Shown one piece after another: positions 17,009 to 26,224 of a DNA stretch of 35,495 nucleotides; positions within the stretch are counted from its first letter, which is position 1; the number at the start of each line of letters is the position of its first letter. A program made the translations under genes and the position numbers. Source of the stretch: a virus (Duplodnaviria > Caudoviricetes); IMG/VR virus record IMGVR_UViG_3300017721_001134, positions 1-35,495 of that record. One strand, 5' to 3'. The notes under the pieces are model-generated. The model ran no database searches. It was not told the origin of the DNA and saw nothing but the letters and a program-made list of their open reading frames with translations.

Positions 17009-17287
17009 TTATTTTTTCTCCAGTTTTTTTATTCGCTTTTCTAATTCATCGATTTTCTTTGTCACGTAAGGATATTTCTTACGCCACGCATCAGTTGGTT
17101 GTTCTAGCCAAGTCCAACCCCAGCGTTCTACAAAATAATCTAGAATCATGTCGAATTTTGCATACAACCATAGTCCAATTCTTGTGCTTTTAAAATAGGT
17201 TGAAAATGCAAGTCCAAACAAGGATCCTACTAATGCAGTATAGATCCATAATCTATCTGAAGCCATTCTTTCAATCATTTCCCACAT
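17009..17287 (-). CDS. membrane protein with C-terminal coiled coil
   Basis: TM LWIYTALVGSLFGLAF; KIDELEKRIKKLEKK; AGGAGA SD and TAAGTA upstream. Confidence 0.75.
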   Translation of the reverse strand: MWEMIERMASDRLWIYTALVGSLFGLAFSTYFKSTRIGLWLYAKFDMILDYFVERWGWTWLEQPTDAWRKKYPYVTKKIDELEKRIKKLEKK

Positions 17288-17326
17288 AATTGTCTCCTAT
17301 CAGTTGTACTGTTACTTATCTAAAAA

Positions 17327-17701
17327 TTATTTGGCTTGTTTAGGCTCGTAATAGTTTTTGTATTGTACTATTATTTGATCTTGTGCAAGGATATGTTTTC
17401 TCAGATCAGCATAGTTAATTGATAATGCTTGGTAGCCTTTGTCTGTTAGTGCAAACAGCACAGGTTTTTTGCCTTCTGCTGTAAGTTTGTCAAAAATTTC
17501 TTTGTAATTGTTTTCATTAATCACAATCCATTCAACATCCATTGTTTCAATTGGTGCTGGAGATTGTAAATTCAAAGGTGTTTTGGCAACAGCTACTTTC
17601 ACACTTTCAATTTGTTTGACTCCACCTGCACATGCTGTTAGAAATAAAAACAAACCTAGCAGTATTGCACACCAAATTATTCTATCCCATTCACGTGTCA
17701 T
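17327..17701 (-). CDS. o-spanin-like lipoprotein
   Basis: Signal peptide with lipobox LTAC; directly downstream of the i-spanin candidate (ATGA overlap). Confidence 0.7.
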   Translation of the reverse strand: MTREWDRIIWCAILLGLFLFLTACAGGVKQIESVKVAVAKTPLNLQSPAPIETMDVEWIVINENNYKEIFDKLTAEGKKPVLFALTDKGYQALSINYADLRKHILAQDQIIVQYKNYYEPKQAK

Positions 17702-18186
17702 TCTGCTGTCTCCTCTTCTTTGGCTGGTGCTTCGTATGTCATGCCTACTTCTGCCATTTTGTCTTTTACTAATTCACGACATTGTCTATTGAAGAAGTCG
17801 TCTTGCACCACAGCAGAACCACTTGCAAGTTCCATACATCTGTTGACATGTCTTACTGCTCTGTTGATTGTTTTTTGTGTTGCTGTTGGGTCTTCCATGC
17901 CCCACAATGCAATATCATATTTGGCAAATTTACTTGCCAGTTCTTTGTTGTCTTTTTCTGCGTTTGCGAGAGCAGTTTCTAGTTGTGCTTTGGCCTTGTT
18001 GATTGCCTCAAAGTCTTCTTTCATTTGTTTGATCACAGCATCTTGTTCAGACTTAATATTTTCTAGTATGAGATTGTTTGCTTCTGATGTTGCAAGATCT
18101 GCCTGCAAACCTTTAACATATACAAATCCGCCACCAGCGGCAGAAAGTATTACAAGTATTATTGCAATTTTTAATCCGCCAAACAT
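17698..18186 (-). CDS. i-spanin-like protein
   Basis: Start moved to ATG 18186 (TAATG overlap with endolysin stop); N-terminal TM then coiled coil, two Cys. Confidence 0.7.
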   Translation of the reverse strand: MFGGLKIAIILVILSAAGGGFVYVKGLQADLATSEANNLILENIKSEQDAVIKQMKEDFEAINKAKAQLETALANAEKDNKELASKFAKYDIALWGMEDPTATQKTINRAVRHVNRCMELASGSAVVQDDFFNRQCRELVKDKMAEVGMTYEAPAKEEETAE

Positions 18187-18695
18187 TAGATAAGTTTCAA
18201 CGCCATCTGAGTGGTTTCTTCCACTCTGCGTGTCCATCCTCTACCAAATGTTGCAAATGTTGATAGTTGTTTGTAGTAGTCTAATCTTGTGTCTTGATAT
18301 TTTTTGACAGCGTCTTGTATTGATGTTGATTTGAGATACTCATCTAGTTTTGCTAGTGTGTTAGGTCCTATTCCTCCATCTGCTATTGTGCCTATTTGCG
18401 TCTGTAAATATTTTGCCGCTCTGCCTGGACCAGCATTTACTCCAAAATCAAACACACATAGATCAAGTCCACCTGGTAATGAATCACCTTTGATCTTGTG
18501 CCAGTAATTTTTTTTATAGATAGGTGCAACATCTTCTACCAACAAATCTTTCATATCTTTTGTGCCGCCCCATTCTTCGTACACTCTCTTGGTTACTCCA
18601 AGATTAGTTTCACCACCTGGATCTTTAGGATGATTTACATATCCTCCTTCGTGGTGAAGTATTGCCTCCAAACATTTTTCGTAATTGGCTTGCAT
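18186..18695 (-). CDS. endolysin, glycoside hydrolase family 108 with peptidoglycan-binding domain
   Basis: HEGGYVNHPKDPGGETNLGVT, FDFGVNAG, DG.IGP.T, FGRGW.RR motifs. Confidence 0.92.
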   Translation of the reverse strand: MQANYEKCLEAILHHEGGYVNHPKDPGGETNLGVTKRVYEEWGGTKDMKDLLVEDVAPIYKKNYWHKIKGDSLPGGLDLCVFDFGVNAGPGRAAKYLQTQIGTIADGGIGPNTLAKLDEYLKSTSIQDAVKKYQDTRLDYYKQLSTFATFGRGWTRRVEETTQMALKLI

Positions 18696-19405
18696 TACAA
18701 GTCCTCCGCTTTGATTATGATGTTCTTGTCTTCTTTTGATATTTTGAAAAGATCATCTACTTTAACAATGTGCCATCCACCACCCAACCAATTGTTGAGA
18801 TATTGTGTTTGTGCTGTAGATGATTCGTCTATTCTGTATACGCCATTTTTTGTAGGTACATTTACTGCTTCTAAAACAAATTTATGTTTGTTGTAAATTT
18901 TACTCATAGTTAAATTTTTACCTGATCGTCTCACTGTGACTTTTGATTCTTTAAACAGTGTATTAATATCTTCATCTGTTGTGTCGTCAGTTAAAAATTT
19001 GTATTGCTCTGCACTGGTAGGAACAAGACTCAGTAAGTTTGCTTCGTTCAAACTATAAAATTCTTCATTTTTGTAAAATCTAAATTTCCATGGCAATATA
19101 CCTGTCACGTTTTCCATGTCACGCACTAGTTCCATAATATTATTTGGAAGGCTATCGTCTCTTTCAAGTTCTACAAAAATATTGTACATTTTCTGTGTGT
19201 TTTTGGCCGCTGAAAAATCTGCATCTAACACATAGTCATGGCCAGACTCAACAAAACTAACAAGGTCAGCCGCTACATCTTTGTTGTCTGATTGAAACTG
19301 TATTACAGATACATCTTCGTCTCTGCCAAGTTTTGCTTGAAAGGCATCAATGACCACTTCTGGACTGACATGGTTGTACATTTCTAAATTCTTGATTGAC
19401 TTCAT
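18695..19405 (-). CDS. hypothetical phage protein
   Basis: 236 aa; TAATG coupling at both ends. Confidence 0.8.
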   Translation of the reverse strand: MKSIKNLEMYNHVSPEVVIDAFQAKLGRDEDVSVIQFQSDNKDVAADLVSFVESGHDYVLDADFSAAKNTQKMYNIFVELERDDSLPNNIMELVRDMENVTGILPWKFRFYKNEEFYSLNEANLLSLVPTSAEQYKFLTDDTTDEDINTLFKESKVTVRRSGKNLTMSKIYNKHKFVLEAVNVPTKNGVYRIDESSTAQTQYLNNWLGGGWHIVKVDDLFKISKEDKNIIIKAEDL

Positions 19406-19887
19406 TACAATTCTACTTGGTCTTGTGGTGATTGAAAGTCATCAACTTGTGAACCTGACACAGTTTGTGTCATCTTAGTTTCTGCATTGAAGTCTTCTAT
19501 CACTGTGTTTGGAATAGTGATTTTTACTAACCATACAGGCATTTCGTCTAGTTTACCTTTTCTTGTGCCAGGTCTATAATCACTGTAACTTTTAATCTTT
19601 CTTGGAATCAATTTAATATCTTTTTTGTATGATACTTGCCCGCCCACATTGGTAATACGTTTGCCTGCATCTGGATCTGGCATTTCTTTCATGTCCCACA
19701 TAAAAGTTGCAGTGGTGTCATATTTTGTTACCACAGGTCCTTCAACAAGTTCACCTTTACTCCAGTTTTGGTATGCGTATATGTTGACATCATCTAAAAC
19801 CTTTTCTAAATTAACAAGTGAACTAATCACATTGTCTGAAGCATAAATGTTTTTGATATTGCGTAAGATGTCTAGTGTATCTATCAT
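19405..19887 (-). CDS. hypothetical phage protein
   Basis: Start moved to ATG 19887 (MIDTLD), 5 nt after TAAATA; MPDP.AG motif. Confidence 0.8.
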   Translation of the reverse strand: MIDTLDILRNIKNIYASDNVISSLVNLEKVLDDVNIYAYQNWSKGELVEGPVVTKYDTTATFMWDMKEMPDPDAGKRITNVGGQVSYKKDIKLIPRKIKSYSDYRPGTRKGKLDEMPVWLVKITIPNTVIEDFNAETKMTQTVSGSQVDDFQSPQDQVEL

Positions 19888-19944
19888 AGTGATATTTATC
19901 AAATGTATCTTACAGCCGTAAACAAGCGAATAACTACTGAAACA

Positions 19945-21003
19945 ATGGATCTTTACAGCACAGAATTACGTGATACTCCCTATTGGCAAACTCTAGAACC
20001 AGTCATACAGAGCGGAGCAATGGAATCAGCCATACGTGGCGAATATAGATATCCTTACAGAATAAACATATATCCTGGTACAAGTTGTATGTTTTCTTGT
20101 CTGTTTTGTGGGCGAAATTACGATGCAGTAGTAAAAGGCAGTCAAAATATTTTCAGCCAGATAATACAGCAAGACGATGGCAAAGATTTAGATCGTATCA
20201 ATATCAGCGGAGGACTAGAACCATTAACCAGTCCGTACATAAACCAAATCACAAAAGATTTGCACAATAAAGGATACAGGTCACGAATGATTACAAACGG
20301 ATTCATGTTGAACGACAAGATTCTAAACAAAAATCCCTATATAAATTCACTGCATCATATCAGAGTATCACTGTATGGCTTGGATCATAACGAATATGTT
20401 GCCACAACAAAACATCAGAAAGGTTGGCAAGTGGTAAAAGATAACTTGACCAACTATAACAAACGATCAGACAGAACAAAATTATTCTTAAACTATGTAT
20501 TGATTCCAGAAAACTTTGAAAAATTAGGACGTATAATAGATTATATCAAAGATATAGGTGGCATCGATAATTTGTCTCTCAGAGAAGATTTTACATTTCA
20601 GTATGAAATACAAGAACGCAACAAAGTGAAAGACGCTCTGCTTAAATTTGATGAAAGTGTTAAATCAATGGGTGTGACTGTTGATTATGGATATGCTTTA
20701 CAAGATGCTATGAATGGCAAGGATAACAAATTGATGCAAGTAACACACAAAGAATTGACCACAAAACAATCGCCACAAATAAAAATATGTGTTGACCCAA
20801 ATGGACACATTTATTCACACATGGAGGCAGGATTTGTGGATCGTCCTGGGGCCGCAAGACATTCTTTGGGTAATGTCAGAGGCAGTTCAATAGAACAAGA
20901 GTTAAAAAAACAAGTAGAAGTTGAGCCACAAGATGGTGACACACAATACATGGATGCCTACAATCACTTAATGGCAAAATTTATACATGACCAAACAACT
21001 TAA
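19945..21003 (+). CDS. radical SAM enzyme, DesII-like (TDP-aminosugar ammonia-lyase family)
   Basis: YPGTSCMFSCLFC (CxxxCxxC), SGGLEPLT, TNG, RVSLYG. Start 19945 suggested by TAACTA at 19931; 19903 also possible. Confidence 0.75.
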   Translation: MDLYSTELRDTPYWQTLEPVIQSGAMESAIRGEYRYPYRINIYPGTSCMFSCLFCGRNYDAVVKGSQNIFSQIIQQDDGKDLDRINISGGLEPLTSPYINQITKDLHNKGYRSRMITNGFMLNDKILNKNPYINSLHHIRVSLYGLDHNEYVATTKHQKGWQVVKDNLTNYNKRSDRTKLFLNYVLIPENFEKLGRIIDYIKDIGGIDNLSLREDFTFQYEIQERNKVKDALLKFDESVKSMGVTVDYGYALQDAMNGKDNKLMQVTHKELTTKQSPQIKICVDPNGHIYSHMEAGFVDRPGAARHSLGNVRGSSIEQELKKQVEVEPQDGDTQYMDAYNHLMAKFIHDQTT

Positions 21004-21931
21004 AATTATATGTTGCGGAACCAAAGATTTTCTAGATTACTATTCTGACGGACTTGCTGAAGATTGCAATAGATTTGGTTACGAGTTCGAAAAAATTGTA
21101 ACTATCAGTGAACACACATACAGTTCAATAAATCACCAAATACAAAAAGATATGGTAGATTATATGACATGGAATAGTCACGACAACGAACGTATATGTT
21201 TTTTAGATCCTGAGTGCAGAATAGTCAAACCTATTCCCGAAAGTTGGATTGAGTCCAAGGAGCCACATGTATTTTATAAAGTTGAACATGGCCAACAAGA
21301 AATATCAAGATATGTATATGGAGCCACACTGCCGACAAATATAATAATGCAACCAATATTTGTGTCACGACATGATTTAGTTTGGATGCAATGGTGGTTG
21401 GATGCTTCTATATCTTTAAGCGACTTAAAACACGAACAATATGTTCCACAAGAATTACTAATACAACAATCACTTAATTTTAATAAGGTAAAGTACACCA
21501 GTGGAGTTGTAACTTATAATCGAGGTTACACAGGCAAACATGAAGTTGTCGCTGGCAGTTGGAAGCATCAAGATACAATTATACAACACCCAAGAATACA
21601 TGCTACTTTGGATCAAAGAATATTGCCATGCAATCCGGAAAGAAGAGATAATAAAATTTTGTCCGAAAGAGATTTACACAACCATTACGAACATTGTCCG
21701 TATGAAACAATACAGCAAATTGATCAGTTAATGGGTAAGGAAAAATTAGATGAATGGCCTGCAGAAACACAACTGAAAGATGGTTGGCACTGCATTGATA
21801 AATGGGAATTTAAGCCACGTACAGGACAAGTTAAACATAAAGATTACGCCATGATAAAATATCATCACAGCATCATAAGAAAATTAGATATCGGCGTCAA
21901 AACTCCTGCTGTGTATCATTTCACTAATTAA
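20987..21931 (+). CDS. hypothetical protein, possible GT-A glycosyltransferase-like fold
   Basis: RICFLDPECRIVKPIP resembles the DxD strand of nucleotide-sugar transferases; overlaps the radical SAM gene. Function tentative. Confidence 0.45.
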   Translation: MTKQLKIICCGTKDFLDYYSDGLAEDCNRFGYEFEKIVTISEHTYSSINHQIQKDMVDYMTWNSHDNERICFLDPECRIVKPIPESWIESKEPHVFYKVEHGQQEISRYVYGATLPTNIIMQPIFVSRHDLVWMQWWLDASISLSDLKHEQYVPQELLIQQSLNFNKVKYTSGVVTYNRGYTGKHEVVAGSWKHQDTIIQHPRIHATLDQRILPCNPERRDNKILSERDLHNHYEHCPYETIQQIDQLMGKEKLDEWPAETQLKDGWHCIDKWEFKPRTGQVKHKDYAMIKYHHSIIRKLDIGVKTPAVYHFTN

Positions 21932-22022
21932 CACTGCACTTTACAAAGTTATTAGGACGTTAAGTATTTTTGTGCGTTCAGCAAAACTTAAACTCAAACA
22001 AAATTTTAAACGGAGAACATCT

Positions 22023-22703
22023 ATGAAACATAAGACTGTCCTATCCTTCAATGAACTAAGAGACGAATACATCAACGAAATCAGACCACGCACCGCAAAC
22101 CAGAAAAAATACTGGGAAATGCTGGCTGATGATTCTAAGTCAATCGTGATTGCTCATGGCCCTGCAGGCTGTGGCAAAACCCTGTTGGCTACCCAGAATG
22201 GTATTGATCTAATGAAATTACAAAAGATTAACAAGATTGTGATTACACGTCCGGTGGTAGGTGCAGATGAAGATATCGGTTTTTTGCCAGGTACTTTAAA
22301 CAAAAAGATGGAACCGTGGACTCGACCGTTGTATGATATCTTCCATAAAAATTACACCGTTAATCGCGTTAAGAGGATGGTAAATGAAGAACAAATCGAA
22401 GTAGCACCCTTGGCATTCATGCGAGGAAGAACCTTTGAAAATTGCTATATTATAGCGGACGAAATGCAGAATACAACTGTGAATCAATTCAAGATGCTTC
22501 TTACTAGAATAGGTGAAGGATCTAAATTGGTTATTACCGGTGACTTGGGCCAAACTGACAGAGGCAAAGAAAATGGCATGAAAGACTTTTTAACAAAATT
22601 AAAAGCAGTAGAGTCTAGATATATTTTTGATGTGCAACTGTATGGTGAAGATATCCAAAGACATCATGCAGTCACAGAAGCTTTGTCAATTTATGGAGAG
22701 TAA
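22023..22703 (+). CDS. phoH: PhoH-family ATPase
   Basis: GPAGCGKT, ITRP, GFLPG, PLAFMRGRT, DEMQN, LTRIG, TGD..Q.D; GGAG SD before ATG 22023; TAAGTA at 21961. Confidence 0.95.
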   Translation: MKHKTVLSFNELRDEYINEIRPRTANQKKYWEMLADDSKSIVIAHGPAGCGKTLLATQNGIDLMKLQKINKIVITRPVVGADEDIGFLPGTLNKKMEPWTRPLYDIFHKNYTVNRVKRMVNEEQIEVAPLAFMRGRTFENCYIIADEMQNTTVNQFKMLLTRIGEGSKLVITGDLGQTDRGKENGMKDFLTKLKAVESRYIFDVQLYGEDIQRHHAVTEALSIYGE

Positions 22704-22704
22704 T

Positions 22705-23622
22705 TTATAGTCTTGCAAGTTTGATCAGTGTAGCAGACAAATTAATTTCAGCTTCTGCCACAAATGAATGATCTACTAATCCTTGTTTGATTACTAGTAT
22801 GGCTTCATCTTGCTGATCTTCTGAGTTACCAAATATCTCAACATTGTCATACATCCATTTGTAGATGTCTTCCATTTCTTCTGGACGTGCTTGTGAACAC
22901 AACAGTTTCCTTGCTTCTGTGATTTTGCCTGCTTTGAACAAGTCCACCATTTCTATTCTGTAATCTTGTGTGCCAGTGTCTGCTGTGTTGGGTGCTTGTA
23001 GTTGTCCCTCTGAAGAATTCATTTGCACTGTGTTGATACATTTACGCAAATCAGGATATGTTGCTTTCACATAGGTGTCTAGGATATCCAAGTTAGGTTC
23101 TACGCCTTCAGCAATCAATATCTCTGCCACTCTTGCTGTGAATTCTGTTTTGTCTACTTTCTCAATATGAAACCCTTGGCATCTTGAATGCAGTGCAGGA
23201 ATGACTCTGTTGGGATAATTGCAAGTCAAAATAAATCTTGCAGACTGATGATACATTTCCATCACACCACGCAAGGCCGCTTGACCATTGGGTGAAATAT
23301 AATCTGCTTCATCCAACAACACAACTTTGAATTCACCAAAAGGCATTGTTTGTACAAAGTTTGTGATCTTGTCTCGAATTACATCTACGGAGTTTTCACG
23401 TGATGCATTTATTTCAAGTATGTCTGTGCCGATAACATCTAAGGTGTTCAGCAGTATTTTGGCCAATGTAGTTTTACCAACTCCTGGAGCACCTGAAAAT
23501 AACAGATGTGGAATAGTCTTAGACTTTATCCATTGTTCAACCTGTGTTTTTTGATTTTGATCGCGGAACACATAACCTTCTAATGTGTTCGGCCTATACT
23601 TTTCTACCCAAAGTGTGTCCAT
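22705..23622 (-). CDS. clamp loader ATPase subunit (RFC small subunit / T4 gp44-like)
   Basis: WVEKYRP, GAPGVGKT, INAS, LDEAD, SRC motifs. Confidence 0.93.
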   Translation of the reverse strand: MDTLWVEKYRPNTLEGYVFRDQNQKTQVEQWIKSKTIPHLLFSGAPGVGKTTLAKILLNTLDVIGTDILEINASRENSVDVIRDKITNFVQTMPFGEFKVVLLDEADYISPNGQAALRGVMEMYHQSARFILTCNYPNRVIPALHSRCQGFHIEKVDKTEFTARVAEILIAEGVEPNLDILDTYVKATYPDLRKCINTVQMNSSEGQLQAPNTADTGTQDYRIEMVDLFKAGKITEARKLLCSQARPEEMEDIYKWMYDNVEIFGNSEDQQDEAILVIKQGLVDHSFVAEAEINLSATLIKLARL

Positions 23623-23628
23623 AAAACT

Positions 23629-23657
23629 ATTATACTTGATTTGTTTTTAATTTGCAA
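23629..23657 (-). promoter_or_regulatory. sigma70 promoter
   Basis: TTGCAA-N17-TATAAT, 6 nt before ATG 23622. Confidence 0.7.
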
Positions 23658-23661
23658 ATGA

Positions 23662-24069
23662 TTAATCATTACCTGGCAGGGCAGTCATTTGTTTTGCTCC
23701 ACCTTGATTATGATAACCTGCATGTACTCTGTTGTGATCAGGCTCTTTGTCAGACACTAGCAAGATATCATGTTCGTCTATCATTCTTACTTCTGTGTCA
23801 TCTTCCAACTTAATATATCTTGTCCAACGTCCGTGTGCTATCAATACCCATTGTCCTACTTTGACATCTTCTTGATCTTTTCCAATAGCATAAACTTTGG
23901 CCCAACGTGGATGTACACCGTCTGCAGATCCGTCGTCATCTTGCAGTATGATTCCGCCTTTAGTTTTGGTCATACCAAAGTGCATGTCTGACACCAGCAC
24001 ACGTTTCTTCAATGGTGTGATTGTGCCTTTGATTTTATGAAATACTGATACTGATTCTCCAAATGCCAT
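23662..24069 (-). CDS. groES: GroES-like co-chaperonin
   Basis: PL..RVLV, TKGGIIL mobile loop, V.AIG, VKVG..V, E.DIL.V. Confidence 0.85.
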   Translation of the reverse strand: MAFGESVSVFHKIKGTITPLKKRVLVSDMHFGMTKTKGGIILQDDDGSADGVHPRWAKVYAIGKDQEDVKVGQWVLIAHGRWTRYIKLEDDTEVRMIDEHDILLVSDKEPDHNRVHAGYHNQGGAKQMTALPGND

Positions 24070-24075
24070 ATTATA

Positions 24076-24104
24076 ATATTATGAAATTATAGACAGTGTG
24101 TCAA
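24076..24104 (-). promoter_or_regulatory. sigma70 promoter
   Basis: TTGACA-N17-TAATAT, 6 nt before ATG 24069. Confidence 0.65.
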
Positions 24105-24106
24105 GA

Positions 24107-24286
24107 TTATTTTTCGTCTCTTTTTTTAACTATTTTTCCACCAGCACCTATTTGGTCGCCACGTGCATTTACACCTGCATTACCTACTGCGATTGTCTTT
24201 TCATTTTTAGCTCTTAGAGCATCAAAATCAATAGGTTTACCTTGCATAGTAAAATGTTGTGTTTTTCCTTGTTGTCTTCTTGCCAT
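24107..24286 (-). CDS. 59-aa protein MARRQQGKTQHFTMQGKPIDFDALRAKNEKTIAVGNAGVNARGDQIGAGGKIVKKRDEK
   Basis: Not in ORF track. AGGAG SD; fills the gap exactly. Confidence 0.8.
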   Translation of the reverse strand: MARRQQGKTQHFTMQGKPIDFDALRAKNEKTIAVGNAGVNARGDQIGAGGKIVKKRDEK

Positions 24287-24298
24287 GTTGTTTTACTC

Positions 24299-24823
24299 CT
24301 AACGTAAAAACTCTTTGTAACTTAAATTGTATTTAATAGGGTCTATATGGTGGGTACCTATCAAATAGAGAACCAAACTGCTCACACTTGAACCTCTGCC
24401 AATGCCAGTAACTATGTTGTTCTGTTTACACACATCCATCATATAAATCAAATATTTGAGTATGTGCATCATGTTCCTTTGTGTGTATTCATCTAATTCA
24501 ATTGCCAGTCTATCAATGTATGCATCATCAATCATTTTGCGTTGTGACATTTGTCCTGTCAAATACAGTTCAATATCCATAGTTGCATATTGTTCAGGCA
24601 TTATCCATGTTCCAGACAGCAATTCATGATATTGATCCACAGGCATATCTATCAACATAGGTTGTGCTAATGTGTCTACTTCAAAATGTTTTGCATGTGT
24701 GCTGTGTAGACTGGCTTCTGTTGAATCATCTAACACCAACTGATCAACAGGGTCACCACTGTACAGTAATTCAATCACTTCACGTGTAGAGAAAGAACAA
24801 TTACCAAATGCATCAGTAATCAT
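24299..24823 (-). CDS. DNA polymerase III alpha (DnaE) fragment
   Basis: RL..EL...GIGRGSSVSSLVLYLIG...IDPIKYNL...EFL matches the DnaE palm N-part; ends before the PDxDxD motif. Confidence 0.8.
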   Translation of the reverse strand: MITDAFGNCSFSTREVIELLYSGDPVDQLVLDDSTEASLHSTHAKHFEVDTLAQPMLIDMPVDQYHELLSGTWIMPEQYATMDIELYLTGQMSQRKMIDDAYIDRLAIELDEYTQRNMMHILKYLIYMMDVCKQNNIVTGIGRGSSVSSLVLYLIGTHHIDPIKYNLSYKEFLR

Positions 24824-24825
24824 GT

Positions 24826-25383
24826 CTAACCTCCTTGAATAACTTTGAATCCTTCATGTTGTTTTATTGTAAAGCCTATATCGTCCCATGTCAACGGCTC
24901 TTTGGTAAAGTTGGAAAATCTTGGTGTGTCATCGTGCCACCATGGATCTTTAACACCACAAGTTTGTAGCAATTTCCATTCTGGTGAATCTGTAGTGATC
25001 ATAAATCTTAAATTTTCGCCCTGCCATGATTCTATTTCCAATGCATCAACATTCATACTTTTACCACCTATTGCATCTAGTTTTGCTAACAATGTGACTC
25101 CTATCACTTGGTCAACCGGTGTGTCAAAGAAGTCTATCACATCATTTTCAAACACACTAAATGATTTGTAGAGATTATCATCATGCTGTACAAACAATGA
25201 ATTTTGTAATGTTTTACCAAACACATATTTTATTTTTTGGAATGTGACATGCTGTGATTGAGGACCATTTGTGATTGGCAACATGTGGATATTGATAGAC
25301 ACATCATTAGGCCACAACTTATTTTGCAGATACATGGTATTGGTAAATCTAGTTTTCCAACTTATGCCATCATCATTTAACAT
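24826..25383 (-). CDS. hypothetical phage protein
   Basis: 185-aa ORF in a tiled run. Confidence 0.8.
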   Translation of the reverse strand: MLNDDGISWKTRFTNTMYLQNKLWPNDVSINIHMLPITNGPQSQHVTFQKIKYVFGKTLQNSLFVQHDDNLYKSFSVFENDVIDFFDTPVDQVIGVTLLAKLDAIGGKSMNVDALEIESWQGENLRFMITTDSPEWKLLQTCGVKDPWWHDDTPRFSNFTKEPLTWDDIGFTIKQHEGFKVIQGG

Positions 25384-25612
25384 TGATTAATCCATCGAAT
25401 TGCGAATTATCATCGTCTTTGTCTTGTTTGGCTTTACGCATTTTTCTTTCTTGATCTTCAAGTTGTAGTGTGTTCTGAATTGCAACCAATTGTTGATACA
25501 TGTTTTGATTGTTCATTCTTGCCGCTTGATTCAATTTTATTGTAACATCTTTGAGACGAGTTTCCAACTGTTCATCTGTGAGAGACTTTGGTTCCATGTG
25601 TGGATTAAACAT
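25373..25612 (-). CDS. hypothetical coiled-coil protein
   Basis: 79 aa; TAAATA 6 nt upstream. Confidence 0.75.
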   Translation of the reverse strand: MFNPHMEPKSLTDEQLETRLKDVTIKLNQAARMNNQNMYQQLVAIQNTLQLEDQERKMRKAKQDKDDDNSQFDGLINVK

Positions 25613-25625
25613 ATTAGATATTTAA

Positions 25626-26213
25626 TTACGTGGCTGAAGTGTATTCTAGTATTTTGGAAATGTATTTGGTTGTGCCGCCATCAACTGAAAATATATCAAA
25701 CACATACACGCCTTTTCTTTCTGGAAAATCTGTTGATACAGATGATGAATCGCCAACATCTTGATCTTCATCATTTGGAAATGTTACGCCAGTTAATGTA
25801 ATTGTGTGTGTAGAATTTGCTTTAGTTACTAACATCTTCATTGTTGCGTACACATTTGTACCTGAATCATCAGTTGGAAAGTTTGTAAATGTTAGAGTCA
25901 AGTTTCCTGATGTTGTTGCTGTTGTAACATTGCCATCAGCAAATGAACAAGCAACAGAGCCAGATACTGCACCTTTGGCTACAACTTTTTGACCCCAATC
26001 TTTCAATACTAGTTCTGATTGATCGTGTCCGTTGAAGTCAGTGTCTGCATTGGTTACAGCACTGTTTGTTTGTAATGCAGTAATTTCTGTACCCGCTGTT
26101 GTAAGTTGGGTTTTGATTTGAGAAAAATTATCTCTAAAGCCTTGGGAATCATTATCCTGACCTGCTACTGGAAATGCTCCGTCAATGTTTGCTACTGTGA
26201 TTGCTGTTGCCAT
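25626..26213 (-). CDS. probable virion (tail/baseplate) protein
   Basis: FPVAGQDNDSQGFRDNF N-terminus, short coiled coil, beta-rich C-terminus (SVDGGT); late motif upstream. Confidence 0.65.
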   Translation of the reverse strand: MATAITVANIDGAFPVAGQDNDSQGFRDNFSQIKTQLTTAGTEITALQTNSAVTNADTDFNGHDQSELVLKDWGQKVVAKGAVSGSVACSFADGNVTTATTSGNLTLTFTNFPTDDSGTNVYATMKMLVTKANSTHTITLTGVTFPNDEDQDVGDSSSVSTDFPERKGVYVFDIFSVDGGTTKYISKILEYTSAT

Positions 26214-26224
26214 ACTGTTATTTA

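Noticed and set aside
21932-21971. Intrinsic terminator in this gap or at convergent junctions (5724, 22703, 30744)
   Set aside because: No convincing GC-rich hairpin plus U-tract; the convergent genes abut or overlap.
24299-24823. Split-intein DnaE as in cyanobacteria
   Set aside because: No intein N-terminal block at the end of the fragment, and the break is in the palm region rather than at the cyanobacterial site.
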